Origin: Pyrobaculum sp.
Lineage (GTDB): Archaea; Thermoproteota; Thermoprotei; Thermoproteales; Thermoproteaceae
Reading direction: 5' to 3'
Length of the DNA: 64,000 nt
Assembly: GCA_038879095.1 (NCBI GenBank)
Contig: JAVZUI010000003.1
Coordinates: 9,640-73,639 of the forward strand
The translations under genes were made by a program, and so were the position numbers. Positions 16,082 through 25,824 of the stretch are shown here, in pieces (within the stretch, counting starts at the first letter, position 1; every line of letters begins with the position of its first letter). A model generated the notes under the pieces. That model was not told the DNA's origin. It was given only the letters and a program-made list of their open reading frames with translations, and ran no database searches.

Positions 16082-16885
16082 ATGTCCACCGCAGAGAAGT
16101 TGAGGCAGGCATACGAGGAGAAGAAGTACATACTTGCGGAGTTGGAGAAGTTGAAAAACGACAAGCAGTTCCTCGCCCAGTTTAAGACCCCGGTGGAGTT
16201 TACAGACTGGTTTAAGGCCTTTATCGACCCCCTGCTGTCTATACAGTACCAAATCGGCGCGTGGTGGATCCAAAACGCAGATGTGAAAAACGTCATCTCG
16301 TGGCTTAGGCAGGGGGTGTGGAACGAGTGGGCCGCCAACGTGGTGATCACTAAGTCCATCACGGAGTACCGCGACCTCATCGACGACGAGTTTTTCAACG
16401 TCTTCGCCCACCAGGTCTCAGACGAGGCGAGGCACTTCTACATCAGGACAAAGGTCTTGAGGATGTACGGCGGCTCTATGGAGGGGTTCCAGCCCATAAA
16501 GGAGTGGGCCCAGCTGTTTGAGTGGCCGCTGGCCTGCGCCTCGAAGCGCCTCGAGAGGCCGTACTTCCAGGCTAAGTTCACCGGCGGCTTCCAGACGGTG
16601 GAGCTCACGGCGACTGTTCAGCACAAGGGAATCGTGGACCACGCCTACGAGAACCCCGATATTTGGAAGGAGCCCTACAGAAGGGCCACGGAGGCGTTGG
16701 TGAGCTACTCGCGGGAGATAGAAGACGACGAGTCGTTCCACTGGACAATCGCCGAGAGGGTCTGGGCCAAATACGCCAAGACCGCCGAGATGAGGGCCGA
16801 GGTTTTAGACTGCGCGGTAGAGGCCTTGGAGCTCTCCACAGTTGCTAAGATAAGGAGGATAGAGGCGGCTGAGCGGGCTAGATGA
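16082..16885 (+). CDS. Ferritin-like diiron-carboxylate protein, PaaA/PaaC-like oxygenase subunit candidate
   Basis: Two ExxH motifs, 'SDEARH' and 'EDDESFHW', which resemble PaaA 'QDEAGH' and 'KEESFH'. Each has an upstream Glu candidate ('NEW', 'TVEL'). ATG at 16082 follows a GGAGG and a TATA-like T-rich box. Confidence 0.55.
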   Translation: MSTAEKLRQAYEEKKYILAELEKLKNDKQFLAQFKTPVEFTDWFKAFIDPLLSIQYQIGAWWIQNADVKNVISWLRQGVWNEWAANVVITKSITEYRDLIDDEFFNVFAHQVSDEARHFYIRTKVLRMYGGSMEGFQPIKEWAQLFEWPLACASKRLERPYFQAKFTGGFQTVELTATVQHKGIVDHAYENPDIWKEPYRRATEALVSYSREIEDDESFHWTIAERVWAKYAKTAEMRAEVLDCAVEALELSTVAKIRRIEAAERAR

Positions 16886-17202
16886 GGGTCGCCCTGGGGC
16901 CGCTGTCGGAGTTCGGCGAAAGGCCCAAGGTGAAGGTGGTGGGAAGGCGGCACTTCCTAGTGGTTAAAATAGGCGGCGAGGTCTACGTGGCGCAGTCCCT
17001 CTGCCCCCACGCCCGTTGGCCGCTGGGATTCGCCGGGAGGTGCTTCAAGGCGAGGGACGGCGAGCCCTATGTGGTCTGCGCCATACACGGAGGGGTGTGG
17101 AGCTTGAGGACTGGGTCCGGCACTGTGGAGGGGAGGCCAGCGCCTCCCCTCAAGGTCTACGAGGCCCGCGTTGAGGACGGCGTCGTCTATGTGCGGCTCT
17201 GA
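16882..17202 (+). CDS. Rieske [2Fe-2S] ferredoxin
   Basis: 'CPHARWPL' and 'CAIHGGVW' (CxH ... CxxH). 106 aa. ATGA overlap with the diiron gene. Confidence 0.8.
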   Translation: MRVALGPLSEFGERPKVKVVGRRHFLVVKIGGEVYVAQSLCPHARWPLGFAGRCFKARDGEPYVVCAIHGGVWSLRTGSGTVEGRPAPPLKVYEARVEDGVVYVRL

Positions 17203-18868
17203 GGCGGAGGGGGGCTATCTGCCCCTCCACTGGCCTCTATACGCCGACTTGGAGGGCCGTTTTTGGTACCACGACTCGGTGCACTTCGGCGACAAGCCCC
17301 TTCACCCCCTGGACTACTCCTTCACAATTATGCTGATGGACTTCGCCCAGTCGGCGTACTACAGGAGGATATTCGCCATGCCCACCTCCGGGGGGAGGGC
17401 CTCGGTTATTTACATGGGGAGGCCCTACCGCACCTCCTTCCAAGAGCGGCCCCACTTCCGGCCTGAGGTGTTTGAGGAGAGGCTCCGCCACTACCTAGAG
17501 CACTGGGACGAGATATACCACAGGTGGAAGAAAGAGGTTTTGAAGATCATCGAGGAGATCGAGTCTCTGGAGTTCCCCCTTCCCCCCGATGTGGACGCCG
17601 CGCCTGACGGCTCAGGTTACCCCGCGGCGCACAAGCCTCTGGCCAGCTGGCTGAGGCTGCTGGATCTGTGGCTTAGGCTGTGGTGGAGGCACTACGAGAT
17701 GTTGATGCTGGGCTACCTGGTCTACGACTTCTTTTACAAGTTCTGCAAGGCGCACTTCCCAGACATGCCGGACTACCACGTCTCTCTCATGCTGTCGGGA
17801 GGCAGAGAGCTCGACGTGTCGATACCGGAGAAGGAGCTCAGGAGGCTCGCCAAGCTTGCAAAAGAGCTGGGCGTGGCCCACTTGTTGCAGTCGGCGCAGA
17901 CCTTCGCCGAAGCCGCCGAGGCGCTGAGAGGAGCTGGAGAGGCCGGCCGCACGTGGTTGGCTGAGTGGGAGAGGGCCAAGAGGCACTTCCACGTGTCGGC
18001 GGGGAGCGGGATGCTCCACACAGACCTCCGGTGGGACGAGCACCCCGACATCCCCTTCACAATTTTGAAGACCTACCTCGCAGGCGGCGACACGAAGAAG
18101 AGGGGGGTCGACCCCGAGAGACTGGTGGCCGGCTACGCGTCTCTGCTAGACGAAGAGTCCAGGGCGCTTTTTTACAAGTACTTAGAGGCGGCCCGCAGGG
18201 TGTACCCCTACATAGAGGAGCACAGCTTCTACGTGGAGAACTGGGGGTTCTCGGCGGGGTATAAAAAGGTACGCGAGGCGGGCGCCCTGTTGCAAAAGCT
18301 AGGCGTCTTAGAGGACGCCGAGGACGTCTGGTACCTCAACTGGTTCGAGGTGGGGCAGGTCATGATCGAGGGGCTGACGGCGTGGGCCTCGGGCAGAGAG
18401 CCCACCGGCCACTGGAGGGGGGTGGTGGAGTGTAGAAAAGCCGCCTGGAGGCGCTGGGCCGAGTCGGCGCCTCCCCCCCACCTCGGCAGGCCGCCGGAGA
18501 AGATCACAGACTCCAACCTCGCCATGTTGCACAGGGTCGCAGCGGCGTCTGACTCGATCGCCGGCGTAGGCGCCTCCCCCGGCGTTGCGGAGGGGGTGGT
18601 GGCCGTGGTTAGAGAGCCCTCGGACTTCTCCAAGGTTAGGCCCGGCGTCGTCCTCGTGGCGCCTACGCTGTCGCCTGTGATGGGTCCTCTTCTGTCGGTT
18701 GCCTCTGCGGTTGTGACAGACTCGGGAGGGGTCATGTCCCACGCGGCTATCCTCGCAAGGGAGTACGGAATACCAGCAGTGGTGGGGGCAGGCAACGCGA
18801 CTGCCAGGCTTAGAGACGGCATGAGGGTAAGAGTGGACGGGACCAGGGGCGTTGTGGAGGTGTTATGA
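17189..18868 (+). CDS. PEP-utilizing-enzyme family protein: substrate-binding region plus C-terminal His swivel domain (PpsA-like), no ATP-grasp domain
   Basis: The C-terminus 'GVGASPGVAEGVV...VLVAPTLSPVMGPLL..AVVTDSGGVMSHAAILAREYGIPAVVG' is the PEP-utilizers mobile domain with the phospho-His. The N-terminal 430 aa have no P-loop or ATP-grasp motifs. Confidence 0.7.
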   Translation: MCGSEAEGGYLPLHWPLYADLEGRFWYHDSVHFGDKPLHPLDYSFTIMLMDFAQSAYYRRIFAMPTSGGRASVIYMGRPYRTSFQERPHFRPEVFEERLRHYLEHWDEIYHRWKKEVLKIIEEIESLEFPLPPDVDAAPDGSGYPAAHKPLASWLRLLDLWLRLWWRHYEMLMLGYLVYDFFYKFCKAHFPDMPDYHVSLMLSGGRELDVSIPEKELRRLAKLAKELGVAHLLQSAQTFAEAAEALRGAGEAGRTWLAEWERAKRHFHVSAGSGMLHTDLRWDEHPDIPFTILKTYLAGGDTKKRGVDPERLVAGYASLLDEESRALFYKYLEAARRVYPYIEEHSFYVENWGFSAGYKKVREAGALLQKLGVLEDAEDVWYLNWFEVGQVMIEGLTAWASGREPTGHWRGVVECRKAAWRRWAESAPPPHLGRPPEKITDSNLAMLHRVAAASDSIAGVGASPGVAEGVVAVVREPSDFSKVRPGVVLVAPTLSPVMGPLLSVASAVVTDSGGVMSHAAILAREYGIPAVVGAGNATARLRDGMRVRVDGTRGVVEVL

Positions 18869-19629
18869 TAGGCAGACTGTACAAGGTGGCCGAGAGAACC
18901 GCCGCCGCTGTGATGAAGAGGTACAGAGAGGGGGGCGGCGAGGCTGTGGTGAGGCGCGGCGACGTAGACGTCACAAGGTTGGCGGACCAAGAGGCGGGGG
19001 AGGCGGCCTTGTCTGCGCTTAGGGAGGAGTTCCCCGAGGGGGCCTACGTGGTGTCTGAAGAGTCCGGCGTGGTGAGGTGGGGCGACGAGCGGTACCTCAT
19101 CCTCGTCGACCCGCTCGACGGAAGCGAGAACTTTATCGCAAAAGTTCCCCTGTTCGCAGTGGCGGTCGCCGGAGGCGTCTACAAAGAGGGGACTTTGGAA
19201 GATGTGAAAGAGGCCGTGTTGTACCTACCGGCGACTGAGGACGTATACGCCGTAGACGGAGGAGGAGTCCGGCTAAACGGCGCGTCGCTGAGCCCCGTCC
19301 AGAGCCCCAGGGGCGTGGCACTGGTGGAGCTAGGCGCCAAGTTTCCAAGAGAACACGTGGAGATACCCCAGGCCCTCGGGCTGAAGATACGTAGCCTGGG
19401 CTGCGCCACCTACTCCGCATTTCTCGCCGCCTTGGGATACGTAGACCTCTTCATAGACCTACGCAGGAGGCTAGGGCCATGGGACGTGGCCCCCGCCCTC
19501 GCCGCTGGGCTACACAACCCAGCCTACCAGGCGTGGCTAGCAGACGGCTACGCGCTGGACAGACGCGTGGCGGTGATAGCCGGCAAAAAGCCCCACGTAC
19601 AAGAAGCCGTCAAACTGGCGCAGACATAA
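18865..19629 (+). CDS. Inositol monophosphatase/FBPase-family phosphatase
   Basis: 'SEESG', 'LVDPLDGSENF' and 'WDVAPALAAG' are the IMPase metal and substrate motifs. ATGA overlap with the upstream gene. Confidence 0.8.
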   Translation: MIGRLYKVAERTAAAVMKRYREGGGEAVVRRGDVDVTRLADQEAGEAALSALREEFPEGAYVVSEESGVVRWGDERYLILVDPLDGSENFIAKVPLFAVAVAGGVYKEGTLEDVKEAVLYLPATEDVYAVDGGGVRLNGASLSPVQSPRGVALVELGAKFPREHVEIPQALGLKIRSLGCATYSAFLAALGYVDLFIDLRRRLGPWDVAPALAAGLHNPAYQAWLADGYALDRRVAVIAGKKPHVQEAVKLAQT

Positions 19630-20020
19630 AGCCCTCCGGGGGACGCCCAAGACCTTCGAGAAAAACTCAGGGCCGCGTTCCCTCCCCCTCCCGGGGGGAC
19701 ATCCGCGCCCATCATCGTTAAACACGAGGAGCGGTTTTAAAAGTTTAACGACTTTTGGGAGGCAAGGCGGCGCCAAGGCGCCTACTACGCCGCGCGTAGC
19801 GGCGAAGCGGCCCGGCGGGTATGTAAGAGTGATGTCTGCGGGCTTTCTCGCCCCGCCTTGGTTGGGCGGTGTGGGGGCCGTTTTGCGCGCCTGGAGAGTT
19901 AGGCGGCATTTGACGGCGGCTTAGGGCTTGCGTTTATTTTTTAATTATATTTATTTATAAAAATCTTAAATTTTATAAGTTTACAAATTATCTTTAAAAA
20001 ACTTTTCTTACCGAGTGCGT

Positions 20021-21352
20021 ATGAATAGAAGAGATGTGTTTAAAATCGGCGCGGGGGTTGTGGTGGGGCTGGCGTTGGGGTACGGCGTGTCACAGCTGAC
20101 AAGGCCTGCGGCCACCGTCACCACGGCAAAGTCGACTGAGGTGGTGACTCCCTCGTCTACCACCACGCCCTCTGGTCCTAAGAAGCAGTCTGTGAAGATT
20201 GCGGTGGTGACCTTCACCTCTGGGGCCGCCTCGGTGTTCGGCGTGCCTGCGGCGAATATGGCGAGGTTGCTTGCCGACTATCTAAACCAGAGGGGCGGGA
20301 TAAACGGGGCGAGGATTGAGCTTGACGTGAGAGACGAAAGCGGCGGGGCCGACCAGATGGTGGCCTTGTACAGACAGCTGACGCAGGCCGGCGGGGCCGA
20401 CGTCTACGTGGGGCTGATTTCCTCGTCCGACTGCCTGGCGGTCGCCCCCGTGGCTGAGCAGTTGGGCAACACGCTCACTGTGTTTTTCGACTGCGCCACT
20501 AAGCAGTTGGTGGACCAGGGCATGATGAAGAAGGCCGTGTTTAGGACCGGCGGCACCACTGTGCAAGACGGCGTCTCACTGGCGAGGGCCGTGGTTAGGT
20601 TTAAGCCAGATGTGAAGACGGTGGTGGGGCTGAACCAAGACTACGCCTACGGCAGAGACGAGTGGAACGACTTCATCACCGCCTTGAAGAAGCTTAAGCC
20701 GGACGTACAGGTGTTGGACACGCTGTGGACGCCGCTGTTCACCACAGACTACTCCGCGCAGATTTCTAGGATAATTGACTTGAAGCCCGACATTGTGCAC
20801 ACCAGCTTCTGGGGGCCGGACCTGGCCAACTTTGTAAAACAGGCATCGGCGAGGGGGCTGTTCAACGTGACGACGGTGGCCTTCGCCAGGGGCGAGTCCA
20901 TGATGCAGGACCTGGGCGATGCGTTGCCCGAGGGCCAGATAGTGGAGGGCCCCCACTACTTCGAGTTCCCCACGCTGAGCCCGCTGAACAAGGAGATTAG
21001 AGAGGAGTACAGGAAGAGGTACGGCTACTACCCGCCGTACCCCGCCTACCACATGGCCAACGCCATCTTCGGGGTGAAGTACGCCATAGAGGCGGCCTCG
21101 ATGATCTCTGGGGAGGACTGGCCGGACTTGTCCACGGTGTCGAAGGTCTTCGAACGTCTGGCCTACCCGGCGCCGGGGGACTGGATAATTATGGCGCCTA
21201 ACCACAACGCGGTGAGGGGCGCGGTTGTGGGCGTCACCAAGTCCGTGGAGGGATACAAGTTCAAGCTCCTCCGCCCGTGGTACTACGAGCCGCCTGCTGA
21301 CATCAACCCGCCGCCCGGCATGACCAGCGCCCAGTGGTACGACACATGGTAG
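20021..21352 (+). CDS. ABC transporter substrate-binding protein, LivK/branched-chain-amino-acid (type I PBP) family, Tat-type signal
   Basis: 'NRRDVFKIGAG' is a twin-arginine signal followed by a TM segment and a Thr/Ser/Pro-rich linker. The body is LivK-like ('KIAVVTFTSGAASVFG', 'GLNQDYAYGRD'). Confidence 0.8.
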   Translation: MNRRDVFKIGAGVVVGLALGYGVSQLTRPAATVTTAKSTEVVTPSSTTTPSGPKKQSVKIAVVTFTSGAASVFGVPAANMARLLADYLNQRGGINGARIELDVRDESGGADQMVALYRQLTQAGGADVYVGLISSSDCLAVAPVAEQLGNTLTVFFDCATKQLVDQGMMKKAVFRTGGTTVQDGVSLARAVVRFKPDVKTVVGLNQDYAYGRDEWNDFITALKKLKPDVQVLDTLWTPLFTTDYSAQISRIIDLKPDIVHTSFWGPDLANFVKQASARGLFNVTTVAFARGESMMQDLGDALPEGQIVEGPHYFEFPTLSPLNKEIREEYRKRYGYYPPYPAYHMANAIFGVKYAIEAASMISGEDWPDLSTVSKVFERLAYPAPGDWIIMAPNHNAVRGAVVGVTKSVEGYKFKLLRPWYYEPPADINPPPGMTSAQWYDTW

Positions 21353-22200
21353 GGCTCCTCCTCTCGATCCTGTTTTTTTGGGCCTACCTCTCCCTAGTGG
21401 CCGCGGGCCTCCAGTTCATATACGGAAGCGCCAGAGTTTTAAACCTGGCTCACGCCTCTTTTTTCGTCCTCGGCGGCTACCTGGCGTCTTATCTTTCAAA
21501 TTTTTTGTCGTGGCCCCTCCCGGCGTCGGTGGCCGCCGCCTCAGCCGCCGGCGCCGCCGCAGGGCTCGTCCTATACATTGCGCTCGCCCGCATCTCCGAC
21601 GAGGTGGACCAGCTGGTCTTCACCTACTCCGTATTCTGGCTCTTCGAGGCCTTTTTCAGAGGCGTCTTCGGCTACGGGCTGTACAGCACAGCGGACACGG
21701 CGGCGCGCCTCGGCGTGTTGACGCTCGGCGACCAGAGGGTGCCCGTTGCCAACCTAGTGGGCGTGGCCTCGGTGGTGGCGGTGTTCGCCGCCTTGTACTT
21801 CGTGATGTCTAAGACCACCTTCGGCATGTTTTTAAGAGCTGTCGTGGACAACCCCCCGGCGGCCGAGGCCTTCGGCGTACCCCTCAGGCGAGTTGTGGCG
21901 CTGGGCGTGGCGCTGGGTTCCGCCCTGGCGGCGTTTGGGGGGTCGATTTCGTCCATGTGGCAGAACTTCAACGTGGGCCTTGCCGGCGTGGTGTTGGTCT
22001 ACGCCTTCGCCGCGGTGGCCGTGGGCGGGCTGGGAAACGTGTTCGGCGCCTTGGCCGCCTCTTTTATAATAAGCCTCGTGAGGGCGCTGGCCGTGTACTA
22101 CTTCCCGGAGGTGGAGCTCTTCGCCATCTACTTAGTGGTGCTGACCGTTTTGACGCTGAGGCCCTCGGGGCTGTTCGTAAGGTATGAGAGGCGCGTATAG
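21346..22200 (+). CDS. livH: Branched-chain-type ABC transporter permease (LivH-like)
   Basis: Polytopic membrane protein with LivH-like motifs 'LNLAHASFFVLGGY' and 'GGLGNVFGA'. Overlaps the SBP stop. Confidence 0.8.
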   Translation: MVGLLLSILFFWAYLSLVAAGLQFIYGSARVLNLAHASFFVLGGYLASYLSNFLSWPLPASVAAASAAGAAAGLVLYIALARISDEVDQLVFTYSVFWLFEAFFRGVFGYGLYSTADTAARLGVLTLGDQRVPVANLVGVASVVAVFAALYFVMSKTTFGMFLRAVVDNPPAAEAFGVPLRRVVALGVALGSALAAFGGSISSMWQNFNVGLAGVVLVYAFAAVAVGGLGNVFGALAASFIISLVRALAVYYFPEVELFAIYLVVLTVLTLRPSGLFVRYERRV

Positions 22201-23077
22201 CTTGGCCGTGCCGGCGGCGTTGCTGGCGGCCTACTTCCTAGTGCCTAACTCTTATTTCAAATACGAGGCGGTGTACTGGGCAGTCATGTCGATCACAATG
22301 CTGGGGGCGGTTACTCTGGTCGAGGCGGGCCTCGTCAACTTCGGCTACGGCATGTACGTGGCCGCGGGGGCCTACACGGCGGCTTTGTTATTCAAACACT
22401 TAAAAATCGGCGAGGTTGCGGTGGCGATCCCGCTGTCTGCGGCGGTGGGGGCGGCCTTCGGCGCCGTCACAGGCCTTGCCCTCGCCAAGCTGAGGGGGAT
22501 ATTCTACGCCCTGTCCAGCCTGGCCCTGTCCATGGTGCTGTACGGGTTTTTAGTAAAGTTCTACTACTTCACCGGCGGGTCGGACGGAGTGACGCTGTAC
22601 GGCGCAACAATCGGCGGGCAGCCGCTGGGCATGGACGCCTTGGCCTTGCTGACTGCGGCGGCGCTTGCAACGGCCTTGTGGTTTAGGCATAAGTACCTCC
22701 AGTGGGGCATCTGGCATCTGGCGCGCGGCATTAGGGAGAACGAGGTGAAGCTCTGGTCGCTGGGCGTGGACACCGGCAGGACTGTGGTGGCCCTCTCCGC
22801 CTTCGCTGGGCTGTGGGGCGGTCTCGGCGGGTCGCTACTGGCGTATTTAACCGCCCACGTCTCCCCCGAGCTGTCCTTCTGGGCCTTCTCAGGCTTCGTG
22901 GTGGCGGGCGCCCTCGTGTCGGCCCAGGCGTCGTACGGCCTAGGCTTCTTGGTGGGCGGGCTGATAGCCAGGGCTTTGAACGTGTCCGCCTTCTACACCA
23001 ACGCCTACGAGCTGTCCATCGGCCTGGGCCTCCTGGCGGCGTTTGCGGCCGCAAAGCTCTGGAAGAGGCATGCTTGA
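22184..23077 (+). CDS. livM: Branched-chain-type ABC transporter permease (LivM-like)
   Basis: Polytopic membrane protein with LivM-like motifs 'GLVNFGYGMYVAAGAY' and 'LRGIFYALSSLA'. Confidence 0.8.
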   Translation: MRGAYSLAVPAALLAAYFLVPNSYFKYEAVYWAVMSITMLGAVTLVEAGLVNFGYGMYVAAGAYTAALLFKHLKIGEVAVAIPLSAAVGAAFGAVTGLALAKLRGIFYALSSLALSMVLYGFLVKFYYFTGGSDGVTLYGATIGGQPLGMDALALLTAAALATALWFRHKYLQWGIWHLARGIRENEVKLWSLGVDTGRTVVALSAFAGLWGGLGGSLLAYLTAHVSPELSFWAFSGFVVAGALVSAQASYGLGFLVGGLIARALNVSAFYTNAYELSIGLGLLAAFAAAKLWKRHA

Positions 23078-23724
23078 GGCGGTGGGCCTCAGCAAAAGGT
23101 TCGGAGGCGTCTCGGCGCTACACGACGTGAGCCTGAGGGTGGCGTCGGGCGAGTTCGTGGCGGTGGTGGGGCCCAACGGCTCTGGAAAGACCACCTTGAT
23201 CAACGTCATCTCGGGCTTTGTGAAGCCCGACGCTGGCAGAGTGTTGCTGAACGGCCGAGAGGTCACGAAGTGGCCTCCCCACAAGAGGGCCAGGGCGGGC
23301 CTCGTGAGGACTTTTCAGCTCCCCCAGCTGATGCCGGGCCTCACCGTGTACGAAAACGCCTTGGCCGCAGCCTCCGCGCTGTCTGGCTTCAAGAGGCCGG
23401 ACGAGGCCAGAGCGAGGGAGTTGTTAGAGGCCTTCGGCCTCTGGGAGGTGCGGGGGCTGAAGATCCACGAAGTGTCGGAGGGCCACAGAAAGCTACTCGA
23501 CGTGGCCATGGCCATGTTCCTAAGGCCAAAGGTGTTGCTTTTAGACGAGCCCACCTCCTCCGTCAGCACTGCTGACAAGTTCAAAGTGATGAAAGTGATA
23601 TTTGACAACTTGAAGAGGGAGGGCGTCTCTGCAGTGTTTGTGGAACACGACATGGAGGTGGTGAAGAGCTTCGCCCACAGAGTGGTGAAGATGGAAAACG
23701 GCAGGGTGGTGGGGGAGGAGACCT

Positions 23725-23741
<17 letters not shown>
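23070..23741 (+). CDS. livG: ABC transporter ATP-binding protein (LivG-like)
   Basis: Walker A 'GPNGSGKTT', a signature-like 'VSEGHRKLL', and Walker B 'VLLLDEP'. Confidence 0.85.
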
Positions 23742-24375
<634 letters not shown>

Positions 24376-24552
24376 CTCAAGCATAGAAGAGGGGCTACAA
24401 CCCCTCGGCCGGCCTTGGGGTCCGCGGCGTGCTTAGACCGGAGGCGCCGCAGGTGAGTAGCGCAGGCGGCCGATTTAGGGAGAGAATAAGTTGTGCCTTG
24501 ACGTCCTCCGCCGCGTTGCGAGCGGCCGGCCACGTCCCGAACGGCGAGGCCC

Positions 24553-24936
24553 CTACTTACCGCCTTCCGTCTGGCACATGGCTTCTCTTATCCTGTCTGC
24601 CAGCGCCTCTGCGTCTTCGACGGGTCCGCTGTGCACCAGCCTGCCTTTCACCAGCACGAGGGGGAGCTTGCCGTTGCGGTGTCTTGCCATGAGGTAGAGG
24701 CCGCGGAGGGTGGCGGGGCTTGTGAACCGCACGGGGGCGGGGCCGACCATGGCCAGGGCCTCTAAGAGCCTGTGGAGGTCCGCGGAGCCGCCCTCGGCGA
24801 GGTCCCCCTCGGTGATCCTAATCTTAAAAGCCCTGGCCACCTCGTCGCAGGTCCTGCAGATGCCCACCTCCGCCGGGACGAAGGCCACCACCTCGATCAC
24901 AGTTTTAACTCCACATTGCTTTAAATGCATGTACAT
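24553..24936 (-). CDS. Hypothetical CxxC protein (possibly thioredoxin-fold)
   Basis: 127-aa ORF with 'CRTC'. No firm family. An upstream out-of-frame piece (24905-25126) has a weak MobA/MocA-like 'LIGGPLVRVVIAALVDA'. Confidence 0.3.
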   Translation of the reverse strand: MYMHLKQCGVKTVIEVVAFVPAEVGICRTCDEVARAFKIRITEGDLAEGGSADLHRLLEALAMVGPAPVRFTSPATLRGLYLMARHRNGKLPLVLVKGRLVHSGPVEDAEALADRIREAMCQTEGGK

Positions 24937-25824
24937 CCGCCATGACTCCGTCCCCTCGGGATAACAGAACCCTGGCGCCGATCGCTAGCGCATCCACCAA
25001 GGCGGCTATTACAACCCTCACGAGGGGCCCGCCGATCAGCGTAAAGCTGAGACAGGTACGCCCTCTTCTAGTCAGTACACCGACTGTTAGGGGGCGGGCT
25101 CTGCGGCGTGCGGAAAGGCTGGGCACAGGGCCCTTGCGAAGGGTCGGCGGCGGTTGTGAAGAAAGCCGCGTAGGCGGGAAAATCCACGGAGGCGGGGCCT
25201 TTGTCTCAACTTGCCGGCGGCGAGTAATCCAGTGGTATTAACCCAGTAATACCACCCCACTGTTATTAACCTGTGGAGATGTTTTATCAGTCCTACAGCC
25301 TCCGCCGACCCCAGGCCCAGGTCTCCGCAGCCCTTGCCGCGGGGACCACGGGGGATAAGCCGACGGCGCTGGACGGGCCTCCTCGCCCGGCGCTGCCGGC
25401 TAAATCGGCGCCGACGGCGGGGCTGTGGGACTCTTCTCTTACTCTAGGAGGAGATCCCCCGCTTGGCCCTCTCTACACTGGGATGTAGCCGCCATGTCTG
25501 CCCCGGCCCCTATCCTTCACTCGGCCACTCGTTTACGTGTAGAAAGACTTCCGGAGGGGCTTACAGCAGGTTACGACCCTCTCAAGCGGGACTTTTGCTT
25601 ACCCCCCTGGTGGCGCTGGTTTCGGCCTGTCTACGCGTCCCCACTTGGGCGAAGTCCTCATATGGGTCTGCTGGTGGAGCCTATTTGGCTGTTATCGCGG
25701 GTCGGCTTTTCATGTCGCCGCGTAGCTCGACGTGAGCCCGTGTGTGGTCGCAGTATTTCAGCCAAGGTTGCATCGGTCGAGGTGCGCACCTGACGGTGAT
25801 AAAGTTTTTCTAATCTGCTTAAGT

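Noticed and set aside
24389-24406. Hairpin GAGGGG-CTACAA-CCCCTC just after livF as an intrinsic terminator.
   Set aside because: Archaeal termination typically relies on T-tracts rather than hairpins, and no T-run follows. The evidence is too weak to annotate.
25300-25800. Possible RNase P RNA or SRP RNA in the GC-rich gap.
   Set aside because: Fragments such as AAAGUCCCGC, CGGCUUAUC and CCGGAAG occur. However, the P4 strands do not pair, no ACAGAA-type CR-V context is present, and no GGAA...AGCA helix-8 motif exists. I could not build a consistent structure.
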